This document shows positions 17,684-28,386 of a stretch of 64,000 nt of DNA, in pieces. Where the stretch lies: the NCBI GenBank assembly GCA_044220495.1, contig JBGAQY010000007.1:11112-75111 (forward strand), given 5' to 3'. Under the pieces are notes generated by a model. It was given only the letters and a program-made list of their open reading frames with translations. It made no database searches and was not told the DNA's origin. The position numbers and the translations under genes are program-made. This stretch comes from Acidimicrobiales bacterium. Lineage in GTDB: Bacteria; Actinomycetota; Acidimicrobiia; Acidimicrobiales; JBBSGY01. Within the stretch, counting starts at the first letter, position 1; every line of letters begins with the position of its first letter.

Positions 17684-18931
17684 CTAGCGCCCAGGCGCTA
17701 AACGCACCACAGTGGCTACTGCTTTGTATGCAGCTTCAGCAGGGCCTAACTCATCGGGGCGCAGCATGTTCGACATGATGCGCAATATCCAATCCATCAG
17801 AGTGCGGCTGTGCATGCCCGTGTTCACGAGCGTGCGCATGATCTCGGGGCGACCGATAACGCGCACAAACAAACGAGCGACTTTGTAATAAAGGCCGTAG
17901 GTTGCATCGAGCTGCGTTCGGTAGTTGGCAAGCGCGAGACCGTCGTTTGCCTTTAGCGCGTCGCTCACGCACTGTGCACCTAGTCGCCCGGTTTCGTATG
18001 CATACGCGATGCCTTCGCCGTTGAACGGATTAATGGCACCCGACGCGTCGCCGATCACGAGGAATGTTGGGCCAACGCTCGGGCCAACCGAGAAGGCCAT
18101 CGGCAATCGACCACCAGTTGCCGGCGCGCAAGCCGTTTCGGGGGAGATACCCCACGACTTTGGTGCGGTATCGACGAATGCTTCCATCAGATGGGTTGTG
18201 TTGACTGACTTCCACTGGTTGAAAGTTGACAACAAACCAACACCCACGTTGATGCGACCATCACCGACGGGGAAGATCCACCCGTAACCAGGCAGTACGT
18301 TGCCGTCGCGGTCGCGCAGGTCGAGATGGCTCTCGATCATGTCTTCGTTTGAGCGATCAGACTCGAAGTATCCACGAATCGCCATGCCGAGCGGGTAGCT
18401 CTTGTCGCGACTAGTACCGAGAGCGCGACCGAAACGACTGTTGGCACCGTCGGCAACGACCACGTACTTGCCTCGAACGTCGACGGTTTCGTTGAGCGCC
18501 TTTCGCTTTACGGTCGCGCCGACGACGAGCCCGTTATCGAGAACAGGTTCGAGCGCTTCGGTCTCTTGCCAGACGATCGCTCCGGCCTTCTCGGCCCGCT
18601 GGGCAACAAGGTGATCGAGATCGTGTCGTGTGACGACATAGCCGTAGTTGGGAAAGTCAGGATGCGACGGCCACTTGAGTTCGAGTGTCTTGCCAAATGC
18701 AATCGAACGCAATCCATCGAATCGGTGGTGACCTGACAGCGCGTCAGCCAAACCCATGTCGTTCAGTTGCTTCACTGATCGCGGGGTAAGGCCGTCGCCG
18801 CACGTCTTCTCGCGTGGAAACTTCTTTTTCTCGATCAACAGGACGTCATGCCCCGCTTCAGCCAGCCAGTAAGCGCAGGCTGAACCGGAAGGTCCACCAC
18901 CAATTACGACAACGTCGTGTTGCTCAGTCAC
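17684..18931 (-). CDS. Geranylgeranyl reductase family protein (MenJ-like menaquinone reductase)
   Basis: VIGGGPSG, REKTCGDGLTP, GYGWIFP and GDASGAINPFNGEGI motifs; lies near nuoA as in other actinobacteria. Confidence 0.9.
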   Translation of the reverse strand: MTEQHDVVVIGGGPSGSACAYWLAEAGHDVLLIEKKKFPREKTCGDGLTPRSVKQLNDMGLADALSGHHRFDGLRSIAFGKTLELKWPSHPDFPNYGYVVTRHDLDHLVAQRAEKAGAIVWQETEALEPVLDNGLVVGATVKRKALNETVDVRGKYVVVADGANSRFGRALGTSRDKSYPLGMAIRGYFESDRSNEDMIESHLDLRDRDGNVLPGYGWIFPVGDGRINVGVGLLSTFNQWKSVNTTHLMEAFVDTAPKSWGISPETACAPATGGRLPMAFSVGPSVGPTFLVIGDASGAINPFNGEGIAYAYETGRLGAQCVSDALKANDGLALANYRTQLDATYGLYYKVARLFVRVIGRPEIMRTLVNTGMHSRTLMDWILRIMSNMLRPDELGPAEAAYKAVATVVRLAPGR

Positions 18932-19006
18932 GTGGTAATCGTAGGCGAGCTCTGGGGCTTCCAAAGTGGTCGCACCGCTCGCCCTCTTGACCGTTACGCT
19001 GGAGCG

Positions 19007-19495
19007 ATGGAGTCGGAGTTTGACCACGAACTCAACGTCGTCATGGGCGAAGAAGAAGCCAAGGTTGCCATTGGCGACGACGCTTATCGCTCGGCGCCCT
19101 ACGCCACTTGGGTAGAGCTGCTCAAGACCTTCGTCGCTGAGAAGCGTTGCGACGACTGCGGCTCTCGCTTCGACACCGACAATCCCAATGAAGAAATTTG
19201 GGGATGGTTCGTTTACAACAGCGACAGCGAATCACCCTCAGAGTTCGACGTGCAGGCGCAAGACATAGAAGAGATCGAAGTCGTTGAGTTTTCGTGCCTT
19301 GCCTGTCTCGACTTGCCTGCCGACGAGCGCGACACGAGTCACCCTCGAACTTGGGGCTCGCTCACTTTCAGGCGACCGCCTACGGGCACCTTCCCGCTTG
19401 AATCAGACGACGAAGATGAGGATGCGGTCGACGGTTTTGGCGACCAGACACACCAGACTGACCAGCCCGACCAGACTGACCGCGACTCGTCGTGA
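19007..19495 (+). CDS. Hypothetical acidic protein with CxxC...CxxC (possible zinc ribbon)
   Basis: RCDDCG and SCLACL; GGAG before the ATG; 4-nt overlap with the next gene. Confidence 0.7.
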   Translation: MESEFDHELNVVMGEEEAKVAIGDDAYRSAPYATWVELLKTFVAEKRCDDCGSRFDTDNPNEEIWGWFVYNSDSESPSEFDVQAQDIEEIEVVEFSCLACLDLPADERDTSHPRTWGSLTFRRPPTGTFPLESDDEDEDAVDGFGDQTHQTDQPDQTDRDSS

Positions 19496-19950
19496 ACGAC
19501 GACCTCCAGAACGAACACGAACCACGTTTTGCAATCGATGTATTTCGCATTGGCGTTGTGGTTGCTGGCGTTGTTGCTGCTGTTCTGCTGACGTTCGTTG
19601 GCGCCAGTGTTCGCGTCGATGGGGCTTCTGTCAATTGCGGAACGTTTTGGTCGAGCACTGAGTCACTGGCGGTGACGATGCAAAAGCCTTGCGATTCGGC
19701 CAAGGCAGTGCGCGTTGGTCATGTTTTCAGTGTGTTGGGTCCTGCAATCGCTTTTGGGGCCATGGCGTTGATTGACGCTCGGCTGGCGCGAGCGATCATC
19801 ATCGCCTGCGTCGGGTTGATCATCATGAACACCGTTCACTTTTTCGGCGAGTCGGGTGAATTGCTCGACATGCTCGTAACCCTCGCACCGCTATCTCTGG
19901 CTATCGTTTTGGCCAAGCAAAAAGCGCAGATCACGTTCCGACGGGAGTGA
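19492..19950 (+). CDS. Hypothetical membrane protein (about 4 TM, with a CG...C loop)
   Basis: Hydrophobic segments; start and stop coupled to both neighbours. Confidence 0.7.
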   Translation: MNDDLQNEHEPRFAIDVFRIGVVVAGVVAAVLLTFVGASVRVDGASVNCGTFWSSTESLAVTMQKPCDSAKAVRVGHVFSVLGPAIAFGAMALIDARLARAIIIACVGLIIMNTVHFFGESGELLDMLVTLAPLSLAIVLAKQKAQITFRRE

Positions 19951-19951
19951 C

Positions 19952-20602
19952 ATGGCCACCTATTTGTCAATGCGCAACCAGCCCCCGCAGTGGGCCGACG
20001 AACTGCAGGCGATCCTCAAAGAGTTGACCGGCCTGACGGTCGCAACTTCAAGCGATAAGCCGGTCTCGATTGAGCTGACCGACGAGCAACGTGAATTGGT
20101 CACGGCGTGGACAGAACGCCACGGCGATCCCTTCGACGCAGTTTTTCGTCGCGACGATATTTTGCCGCCCAAGGTCAAGCCCATTGGTGTGACGCTAAAA
20201 GCCGGTGAGAAAGGTTCATTTCGGGCGCCGGGTGTTGCCGAAGAACTGCGCGATTCACTCATTGCGTTCGATAGCGTCAAACAGGTCGACGGTTCCACGG
20301 TCATTGAAGGGTTGGTGCAGCGACTCGTTCCCGACTCAGGTGTCATGGGTCGCATGGGTCGTTATCGTTTTCATTTGGCGATCGGCGCGTCTGATGGTTT
20401 CGAGGTTGTCGATCCGAAAGGTCTCGGCCTCTTGGTGCCTGCACTTGCGCACTACGACCCCACGTGTCGACAGTTCTATATGGGGCACCCAGCGTTCGGT
20501 TCACTGACTGTGACGACCGATGCGTCCGACTACGACATCACATTGGATGAACTGCCAACACAGGTTCGGCGTTGGCGTCGCTGGGCACCGCAACTCGCGT
20601 AA
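19952..20602 (+). CDS. Hypothetical soluble protein
   Basis: 216-aa ORF starting 1 nt after the previous stop; no family recognised. Confidence 0.7.
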   Translation: MATYLSMRNQPPQWADELQAILKELTGLTVATSSDKPVSIELTDEQRELVTAWTERHGDPFDAVFRRDDILPPKVKPIGVTLKAGEKGSFRAPGVAEELRDSLIAFDSVKQVDGSTVIEGLVQRLVPDSGVMGRMGRYRFHLAIGASDGFEVVDPKGLGLLVPALAHYDPTCRQFYMGHPAFGSLTVTTDASDYDITLDELPTQVRRWRRWAPQLA

Positions 20603-20763
20603 GACGCTTTTGCGACGCGCTCGGTGAAAGTCTCGGGCTCAGATCGCATACGCAACCCATCCGAGGCGATTAACGTGCACTTCGCCGGAGGCAAGGAGCC
20701 AGATAGCCGGCGCAACGGCTGCGACCCAGGCGAGGTGGGGGCGTAAAGCGGAGGTGAAAACAA

Positions 20764-21246
20764 TTGGTCGAATATCTGCCGCTGTTAGTGCTCGCCGTAC
20801 TTGCTCTTGTGTTCGCCGCAGCGTCCTTCATCGCGTCTGGCCTGCTTGGTCCAAAGTCGCCTAACTCTGCAAAAGAGGCTCCATACGAGTGCGGCATCGT
20901 TCCGCGACGCGAGATGGCTGAGCGCTTTCCTGTTCGCTTCTACTTGATCGCAATGATCTTCATCATCTTCGACATTGAAGTCATCTTTTTGTATCCATGG
21001 GCCGTGCGTTACGAAGCACTCGGTCTGTTTGGTCTCAGCGAAATGATTGTGTTCGGTATCGCTGTGTTCGTTTCGTTTGCGTATCTCATCAGTAACGGTG
21101 CACTCGACTGGGGGCCGCGCAAGCGCCTCGAGCAGCCGCAATCAGGTTCGTTGTTTGCATCGATCAGTCATGTGCCCAACCGTCCGACATCGCGCGGCGA
21201 GCACGCTGACGAGTCAGTCTCAACAAGACAGGTCGCCGAAGTTTGA
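20764..21246 (+). CDS. nuoA: NADH-quinone oxidoreductase subunit A
   Basis: PYECG and FIIFDIEVIFLYPWA motifs. Confidence 0.97.
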   Translation: MVEYLPLLVLAVLALVFAAASFIASGLLGPKSPNSAKEAPYECGIVPRREMAERFPVRFYLIAMIFIIFDIEVIFLYPWAVRYEALGLFGLSEMIVFGIAVFVSFAYLISNGALDWGPRKRLEQPQSGSLFASISHVPNRPTSRGEHADESVSTRQVAEV

Positions 21247-21261
21247 GAAAGAAGCACTTCG

Positions 21262-21822
21262 ATGGGAATTGAACAGCTCAACCACAACTTCCTCACGGGC
21301 AACCTCGAGTACCTCGTCAAGTGGGGCCGCCGCAACAGTGTGTGGCCGGCATCGTTCGGTCTTGCGTGTTGTGCCATCGAGATGATGAGCGCCGGTGCGG
21401 CCGATTACGACTTGTCGCGCTTCGGCATGGAAGTCTTCCGCCCTTCGCCTCGTCAGGCTGACTTGATGATTGTCGCCGGACGAGTGAGCCAAAAGATGGC
21501 TCCCGTTTTGCGCAACGTCTACGACCAGATGATGGAACCCAAGTGGGTCATCTCAATGGGCGTGTGTGCCAGCACGGGTGGCATGTTCAACAATTACGCA
21601 ATTGTGCAAGGGGTTGATCAGATCGTTCCGGTCGACGTCTACGCGCCGGGCTGTCCGCCCGGGCCCGAAACCCTCATCGAGTCGATCCTTACGCTGCACG
21701 AACTCATCCGTAACGGCGAGGTCATGAAGCGTCGTCAAGAGAGTGGCGCAGGTGCCGGCATTGTCGTCAAGCCACACCCGGGCATCAAGCCCGTTGAGCT
21801 GCGCGTAGGTGCAAAGTCATGA
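21262..21822 (+). CDS. nuoB: NADH-quinone oxidoreductase subunit B
   Basis: [15 protein letters not shown] and PGCPP motifs. Confidence 0.98.
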   Translation: MGIEQLNHNFLTGNLEYLVKWGRRNSVWPASFGLACCAIEMMSAGAADYDLSRFGMEVFRPSPRQADLMIVAGRVSQKMAPVLRNVYDQMMEPKWVISMGVCASTGGMFNNYAIVQGVDQIVPVDVYAPGCPPGPETLIESILTLHELIRNGEVMKRRQESGAGAGIVVKPHPGIKPVELRVGAKS

Positions 21823-22367
21823 GCGAAACTGCCGAAAAGCATTTCACTGGCGCACCCGCGACGTTGTCGCACGGGCAAGAGGTTTTGCACGTCGAACGCA
21901 ACGACTATGTGCGCGTAATCACGGCGCTGAAACATGCTGGCTACAACGTTTGCGTTGATGTCACTTCGGTTGACTACCTAGACGCTCCCGAACGTGCCGA
22001 AGCACCGGGCGTTGTGCTGCAGCGTTTTGAAGTGATCGCGAATTTGTTGTCGCATTCGATGCACAAGCGCGTGCGAGTTCGCGTGCAGATCCCTGAAAAC
22101 GACACCACGTTGCCTAGCCTCTATGACCTTTACCCAGGGGTAGAGGCAATGGAGCGCGAGGTCTATGACCTCATGGGCATCGTGTTCAGTGGGCACCCCG
22201 ACCTCACTCGCATTTTGATGCCCGAAGATTGGGAGGGCCACCCTCTGCGCAAAGACTATGCAATGGGCAACATCCCCGTGCAGTTCAAATACCCCGAGGG
22301 CGTTTACGACGAAGCATCGACGCAACGCGGTTCGTTGAAGCCACCATCGAAAGCCGAGAAGCACTGA
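21819..22367 (+). CDS. nuoC: NADH-quinone oxidoreductase subunit C
   Basis: [36 protein letters not shown]. Confidence 0.97.
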   Translation: MSETAEKHFTGAPATLSHGQEVLHVERNDYVRVITALKHAGYNVCVDVTSVDYLDAPERAEAPGVVLQRFEVIANLLSHSMHKRVRVRVQIPENDTTLPSLYDLYPGVEAMEREVYDLMGIVFSGHPDLTRILMPEDWEGHPLRKDYAMGNIPVQFKYPEGVYDEASTQRGSLKPPSKAEKH

Positions 22368-23701
22368 TGACCACGCGCGAATCGTGGACGACCAAAGAGA
22401 CGTCTGAGGGCGGGCAAGAAATGCAGCTGCGCGCCGAAGAAAACGCGCTGCAGCTCCTTCGTGAAGAGGGCGGCGTACTCCGTCTTCCAGAAGGCGTGAG
22501 CCTCGACTCCAACGACACCAACGTTGAGTACACCACTGATCAAACGATGATCATCAACATGGGCCCGCAGCACCCGTCGACTCACGGCGTGTTGCGTCTC
22601 ATGATGGAACTCGACGGAGAAACTGTTATTCGTACCAAGCCCGTCATTGGTTACTTGCACACCGGCATGGAAAAGACCGGTGAAGACCTGACCTATGTGC
22701 AGGGCTCAACCAACGTGACACGCATGGATTACGCGTCACCGTTGGCCAACGAAACTGTCTTTTCGCTTGCCACCGAGCGATTGCTAGACGTCGAACTTCC
22801 TGAGCGCGCTACATGGATTCGCATGTTGATGCTCGAGCTCAACCGCATCTCGTCTCACCTGTTGTTCTTGGCAACAAACGGTATGGATGTAGGTGCGACT
22901 TCAATGATGATCTACGGGTTGCGCGAACGCGAGCAGATCCTGCGTTTCTTCGAGTCGGTGACCGGTTTGCGCATGAACCACAACTACATTCGCCCCGGTG
23001 GTGTAGCTGCCGACTTGCACGACGGTTGGAGGGCGCAAGCGCTTGCCATTTGCGACACGCTTGATCGTCGCACGGTTGAATACGACAACTTCTTCTCTGG
23101 TCAGCCGATCTTCCAAGAACGAACCAAGGGTGTTGGCGTCATCTCGGCCGAACAGGCGATCGGTCTTTCGGCGACGGGCCCTATCTTGCGTTCAACCGGC
23201 GTCGATTGGGATCTGCGCAAAGACATGCCCTACATGTTCTACGACCAGGTCGATTTCAATGTCGTTGTTGGTTCCGAGGGCGATGTGTTCGACCGCTACG
23301 CCATTCGTCTAAACGAGATTCGCGAGTCGGTCAAGATCGTTCGACAGGTCATCGATCGCATGCCCAAGGGTGATTACCGAGTGCAAGACAAGAAGATCAC
23401 GCCGCCTCCGCGCGGTCGTATCGACGAGTCGATGGAAGCACTCATTCATCACTTCAAGTTGTTTACCGAAGGCTTCAAGGTTCCGGTCGGCGAGGCTTAC
23501 GCAAGTGTTGAGTCGCCTCGTGGTGAGCTTGGTTGCTACATGGTTTCTGATGGCGGCGCCAAGCCATATCGCATGCACATTCGTGGTCCGAGTTTCGTCA
23601 ACTTGCAGACGCTTCCCACGATGATCAAAGACAGTTTGGTTGCCGACGCCGTTGTGATCATTTCTGGTGTCGACCCGATCATGGGCGAGGTCGATCGCTA
23701 A
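22367..23701 (+). CDS. nuoD: NADH-quinone oxidoreductase subunit D
   Basis: NMGPQHPSTHGVLR, RMDY, ESPRGE and DPIMGEVDR motifs. Confidence 0.98.
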   Translation: MTTRESWTTKETSEGGQEMQLRAEENALQLLREEGGVLRLPEGVSLDSNDTNVEYTTDQTMIINMGPQHPSTHGVLRLMMELDGETVIRTKPVIGYLHTGMEKTGEDLTYVQGSTNVTRMDYASPLANETVFSLATERLLDVELPERATWIRMLMLELNRISSHLLFLATNGMDVGATSMMIYGLREREQILRFFESVTGLRMNHNYIRPGGVAADLHDGWRAQALAICDTLDRRTVEYDNFFSGQPIFQERTKGVGVISAEQAIGLSATGPILRSTGVDWDLRKDMPYMFYDQVDFNVVVGSEGDVFDRYAIRLNEIRESVKIVRQVIDRMPKGDYRVQDKKITPPPRGRIDESMEALIHHFKLFTEGFKVPVGEAYASVESPRGELGCYMVSDGGAKPYRMHIRGPSFVNLQTLPTMIKDSLVADAVVIISGVDPIMGEVDR

Positions 23702-23747
23702 TGCTCGCCCCGATGCACGCTCAAGTTTCACGAGAGGTCTGCCGCTG

Positions 23748-24371
23748 ATGGCTCGATTCACCGCCGACAATCTCAAGATCGCGCACGAAACCATTGCGCG
23801 TTACCCGCGCAAGCGCTCGGCCACAATCCCTCTGTGTCACCTTGCCCAAGAGCAAGACGGTTGGCTTACCGACGATGCAATGGAACACATCGCCGAACTT
23901 GTTGGCTGCAAGCCCGCTGAAGTGCGCGGCGTTGCAAGTTTCTATGAGATGTTCAAGCTGCACCCGGTGGGTAAATACGTTGTCGGTGTCTGCACCAACA
24001 TCAGTTGCATGTTGCTCGGTGGCGAAGAGCTGCTTGAGCACTGCAGTTCAAAACTTGGTGTGAAGCCGGGCAGCACTACTAATGACGGCTTGTTTACGCT
24101 GGAAGAAACCGAATGTTTGGCGGCGTGTACTGAAGCGCCGATGTTGCAGGTCAACTACCGCTTCTTTCACAAGATCAGCCATGAGGGTTTCGACGCACTG
24201 GTCGACGACCTTGCAGCCGGCAAGAAAGGCGACGAGATCCCTCCGCACGGCACCTTGTCGCGCGTTCGTCAAGAGATCCCTACTGATCGAGCCTTCGGTG
24301 TGTTGTCAGTTGAAGACGCACGGGGCGCCGAGCGTCCTGCGCGTGCTGGCGAACCGGAGCCCGCAAAGTGA
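23748..24371 (+). CDS. nuoE: NADH-quinone oxidoreductase subunit E
   Basis: CTNISC...CLAAC [2Fe-2S] motif. Confidence 0.96.
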   Translation: MARFTADNLKIAHETIARYPRKRSATIPLCHLAQEQDGWLTDDAMEHIAELVGCKPAEVRGVASFYEMFKLHPVGKYVVGVCTNISCMLLGGEELLEHCSSKLGVKPGSTTNDGLFTLEETECLAACTEAPMLQVNYRFFHKISHEGFDALVDDLAAGKKGDEIPPHGTLSRVRQEIPTDRAFGVLSVEDARGAERPARAGEPEPAK

Positions 24372-25846
24372 ACGCCGACGACAAGACTCCCGATGAAGAA
24401 CCAAAACCAAAAAAGCGCGCGCCTCGAAAGGTCGCCGACAAGGTTGCCGCAAAAGTCGAAGCGTCCATTGACGCCGTCGAACACGCGGTCGAGAAAGTGA
24501 CCGGCAAAGGCAGCGCCACGAAGATTGTTTCGGCGCGTTGGGAAGTCAAGAACTCACACACGCTTGAGGTTTACAAGAAGACCGGCGGATACAAAGGCCT
24601 CGAAAAGGCTCTCGCGTCGACTCCCGAAGAAATGACTGCGCAAGTCAATGCCGCAATCATTCAAGGTCGAGGCGGCGCTGGTTTCCCCGCTGGTGCGAAA
24701 TGGGGCCTAATTGCTCCGAACAACTATCCCCGCTACCTAGTCATCAACGGCGACGAGAGCGAGCCCGGTACATACAAAGATCGTGTGCTGCTTGAGCGCG
24801 ACCCGCACCTTGTTCTCGAAGGCGTGCTCATTACGGCGTATGCCATCCGCGCTGAGCAAGCATTTATCTACATCCGCGGTGAAATGCCCTTTGCTCACGA
24901 GCGCATGATCAGCGCAGTCAACGAGGCTTACAAAGCCGGCTACGTCGGCAAGAACATCCTTGGCACGCAGTGGGGCATTGACGTTGTTGTCCACTGGGGT
25001 GCAGGTGCTTACATCGTCGGAGAAGAAACAGCGCTCATCGAAAGCCTCGAGGGCAATCGCGGTATGCCGCGTCTCAAGCCTCCCTACTTCCCGGCGGTCA
25101 AGGGCCTTTATATGCAGCCCACCGTCGTCAACAACGTCGAGACGATGGCCAACATGCCGTTCATTGCCGAGAAAGGTGGCGCTGCGTTCGCTGCCCTTGG
25201 CACTGAGAACTCTAAAGGCACGCGCTTGTTCGCGCTGTCGGGTCACGTCAACAAGCCAGGCGTTTACGAAGTCGAACTTGGTGTCACATCGTTTCGCGAT
25301 CTCATCGAGAAGCCCGAGTATGGCAACGGGATGCGTGACGGCAACGCGCTAAAGGCGTTTATTCCTGGTGGCGCATCAGCTCCGTGGTTTTACGAAGAAC
25401 ACCTTGATTTGCCACTGTCTGCGAAAGAGGTTGCTGACGCAGGTTCAATGCTTGGCTCTGGCGCCGTGATGGTGATGGATGAAACGACAGACGCTGTGCG
25501 TGCAGCGTGGCGAATCGTCATGTTCTTCGCGAAGGAAAGTTGTGGCAAATGTACGCCATGTCGCGAAGGCACAACGTGGTTGCGTCGCATCTACGAGCGC
25601 ATTCTTTCCGGCGCTGGTCGTCAGTCTGATCTCGACTTGTTGCTTGACGTGTGCGACAACATCACACCGGGGCTCGCGTGGCCGCCGAAGCAGACAACCA
25701 TTTGTCCGCTTGGCCCGTCGGCTGCATCACCAATTCTCAGTTCGATTCGCCGATTCCAGGGTGAATACGAGGCGTATATCAACGGCGCGACGCGCTCAGT
25801 AGACGAGCTCGCCCTTGCCGGCGTGCCTAGAGTGGCTGACGCATGA
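24368..25846 (+). CDS. nuoF: NADH-quinone oxidoreductase subunit F
   Basis: GRGGAGFP, DESEPGT, GAGAYIVGEETAL and ESCGKCTPCREG motifs. Confidence 0.98.
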   Translation: MNADDKTPDEEPKPKKRAPRKVADKVAAKVEASIDAVEHAVEKVTGKGSATKIVSARWEVKNSHTLEVYKKTGGYKGLEKALASTPEEMTAQVNAAIIQGRGGAGFPAGAKWGLIAPNNYPRYLVINGDESEPGTYKDRVLLERDPHLVLEGVLITAYAIRAEQAFIYIRGEMPFAHERMISAVNEAYKAGYVGKNILGTQWGIDVVVHWGAGAYIVGEETALIESLEGNRGMPRLKPPYFPAVKGLYMQPTVVNNVETMANMPFIAEKGGAAFAALGTENSKGTRLFALSGHVNKPGVYEVELGVTSFRDLIEKPEYGNGMRDGNALKAFIPGGASAPWFYEEHLDLPLSAKEVADAGSMLGSGAVMVMDETTDAVRAAWRIVMFFAKESCGKCTPCREGTTWLRRIYERILSGAGRQSDLDLLLDVCDNITPGLAWPPKQTTICPLGPSAASPILSSIRRFQGEYEAYINGATRSVDELALAGVPRVADA

Positions 25847-28386
25847 GCGCCTCACCCGAGCCCACGGCAACGAAAGAAACCGTCACGATCAACCTCGACG
25901 GCAAAGACATCGAGGCAAAGCCAGGTGAGCTTGTAATTGCTGCCGCTGAGCGCGCTGGCACTTACATTCCGCGCTTTTGCTACCACTCGCGGATGGAGCC
26001 CGTCGGCATGTGCCGCATGTGTCTCGTCAACGTTGAGGGCCCGCGCGGCACTTCGATGCAAGTTTCGTGCATGCTCGCCGCGTCCGAAGGCATGAAGATC
26101 GACACCAAAGCGCCCGAAGTGAAAAAGGCGCAAGACGGTGTGCTCGAGTTCTTGTTGGTCAACCATCCTCTTGACTGCCCCGTTTGCGACAAGGGCGGCG
26201 AGTGTCCGCTGCAAGATCAGACGTTGGCGTTCGGTCCCGGTGAAACGCGTTTCATAGAAGAGAAGCGTCACTTCGAGAAGCCGATCGACATCAGTCCGCT
26301 TGTGGCACTCGATCGCGAACGTTGTGTGTTGTGCGATCGCTGCACGCGCTTCTCAAAAGAAGTTGCTGGCGACCCGCTGATTCACTTCCAATCACGTGGC
26401 AATCAGACCCAAGTCAACGTGTTTCCCGATCACCCCTTCTCGTCGTACTTCTCGGGCAACACGGTGCAGATCTGTCCGGTTGGCGCTCTCACCGCAAACC
26501 CTTACCGGTTCAAGGCTCGCCCGTGGGATCTTGAGCAGGTCGAAAGCACGTGCACCTCTTGTTCAGTCGGTTGTCGCGTCGCTGTTCAGTCGTCGGGTGA
26601 CGAACTCACTCGCTATCTGGGCCTCGACGCTGAACCCACAAACCACGGTTGGATGTGCGACAAGGGCCGCTTCGACTTCGAGGCGTTCAACTCACCGCTT
26701 CGCCTTGATGCGCCGAAGATGCGCAAGGGTGCCGGCGACAACGATGAACAGGTCGAAGTCAGTTGGGGCGAAGCCCTCGCTGCCGCTGGCAAGGCAATCA
26801 AAGCAGCTGACCCAAACCGTATTGCCGTTGTCGGTGGTTCGCGTTTGCCCAACGAAGATCAGTACGCATGGGCCAAGCTCGCAAAGTCGATCATCGGCAC
26901 TGATCATGTCGACGCGCAGCTAGGTGATGGTTTGCCGGCGCCGGCACTTCTCGGTGTCCCGCGCGCAACAATCGACGAAGCATGCGCGGCCAAAGCAGTC
27001 GTGCTTCTTGCTCCCGACCTAAAAGAAGAGTTGCCCGTCCTTTATCTGCGCCTTCGCGAAGCGGTGCTGAAAAAGGGCCTAAAGGTCGTCGAGATCACGC
27101 CACAAGCGACTTCCTTCACGCCACTTGCTGCGCACACGTTGATGTACCGCACGGGCGATGCAGCTCTTGTCGTCAGCGCGTTGCTTGGTAAGACGGCAGT
27201 TGGTCCGACCGGCGAGATCGGTGGCGTTGTCGGTCAGCAGATCGAGGCGGCGGGCGCAATCTTGAAGTCAGCTGGCGACGTTGTTGTCATTGCTGGTCGT
27301 CAGTCAGTCGCCGAATCTGGCCAAGGCGTGGCCGATTCAATTGGGCTTTTCGCCGAGTACAGCAATGCGCGGGTGCTTCCTGCGTTGCGTCGAAGCAATG
27401 TGATGGGCGCACTCGACATGGGCCTTGCTCCCGGCGTTCTGCCTGGTCGCGTTTCGCTCAAAGAGGGTTCCGGTTGGTTTGCTCAGCATTGGGGAAGCGT
27501 GCCCAAGAAGGCGGGGCTCGACACCAACGGCATCATGCGCGCGGCAGCCGGCGGCGAGATCGACGTTCTGATTTTGTTGGGTGCCGACCCGATTCTCGAC
27601 TTCCCTGATCGCGAGTTGGCGCGCGAAGCGCTCGCAAATGCGGGCACGGTTATAAGCGTCGACATTCTTCCAAACGAGTCGGTTCGTTCGGCTGACATCG
27701 TTTTGCCCGCTGCCAGTTACGCCGAGCGTCCAGGCACAACGACAAATATCGAGGGTCGTATCACAACGCTTGGTCAAAAGGTGACGGCACCTGGCGTCGC
27801 ATGGGCTGATTGGATGATCGCTAGTGAACTGGCGCAGTCGCTTTCGGCAGATCTAAAGCTCGAGTCACTCGAAGACATCTGGCACGAGATCGAGTCGCTT
27901 GCACCTTCGCATTCAGGCATCACGCGTGACGTGCTGTTGCATCGCAACAACCGTGATGGAGTCGTTGCACCGCTGGCTAACGCTGCGGTTCTCGCGGGCG
28001 GCAAGTCGGGCCCGCCGCCGATGCTCAGTTATCGAGTAAGCGAACCAAGCCCAACTGTTCCGGTCGACAACTACGTCGTTCGTCTTGTGACCGGGCGCAA
28101 ACTCTATGACCGGGGAACTCTGACGCAAACGTCACCGAGCCTTGCTGGTCTTGCTGGGCAACAAGATTTGCGCGTCAATCCCGCATTGCTCGCTCCGCTC
28201 GGCATCAAGAGTGGTGGCGATGTGCGCATGCGCAACAACAAAGCGAATGTTGTCGTAAAGGTCATTGCTGATGACAACGTGCCGCGCGGCGTTGCCGTGG
28301 TTCCGTTCAACCTCGCAGGCACCGACATAGCGACCTTCCTTGATGGCAACAGCGCGGTGAACAATGTCTGGATTGAAACGCCATGA
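25843..28386 (+). CDS. nuoG: NADH-quinone oxidoreductase subunit G
   Basis: CRMC, HPLDCPVCDKGGECPLQ, CVLCDRC and CTSCSVGC Fe-S motifs. Confidence 0.97.
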   Translation: MSASPEPTATKETVTINLDGKDIEAKPGELVIAAAERAGTYIPRFCYHSRMEPVGMCRMCLVNVEGPRGTSMQVSCMLAASEGMKIDTKAPEVKKAQDGVLEFLLVNHPLDCPVCDKGGECPLQDQTLAFGPGETRFIEEKRHFEKPIDISPLVALDRERCVLCDRCTRFSKEVAGDPLIHFQSRGNQTQVNVFPDHPFSSYFSGNTVQICPVGALTANPYRFKARPWDLEQVESTCTSCSVGCRVAVQSSGDELTRYLGLDAEPTNHGWMCDKGRFDFEAFNSPLRLDAPKMRKGAGDNDEQVEVSWGEALAAAGKAIKAADPNRIAVVGGSRLPNEDQYAWAKLAKSIIGTDHVDAQLGDGLPAPALLGVPRATIDEACAAKAVVLLAPDLKEELPVLYLRLREAVLKKGLKVVEITPQATSFTPLAAHTLMYRTGDAALVVSALLGKTAVGPTGEIGGVVGQQIEAAGAILKSAGDVVVIAGRQSVAESGQGVADSIGLFAEYSNARVLPALRRSNVMGALDMGLAPGVLPGRVSLKEGSGWFAQHWGSVPKKAGLDTNGIMRAAAGGEIDVLILLGADPILDFPDRELAREALANAGTVISVDILPNESVRSADIVLPAASYAERPGTTTNIEGRITTLGQKVTAPGVAWADWMIASELAQSLSADLKLESLEDIWHEIESLAPSHSGITRDVLLHRNNRDGVVAPLANAAVLAGGKSGPPPMLSYRVSEPSPTVPVDNYVVRLVTGRKLYDRGTLTQTSPSLAGLAGQQDLRVNPALLAPLGIKSGGDVRMRNNKANVVVKVIADDNVPRGVAVVPFNLAGTDIATFLDGNSAVNNVWIETP

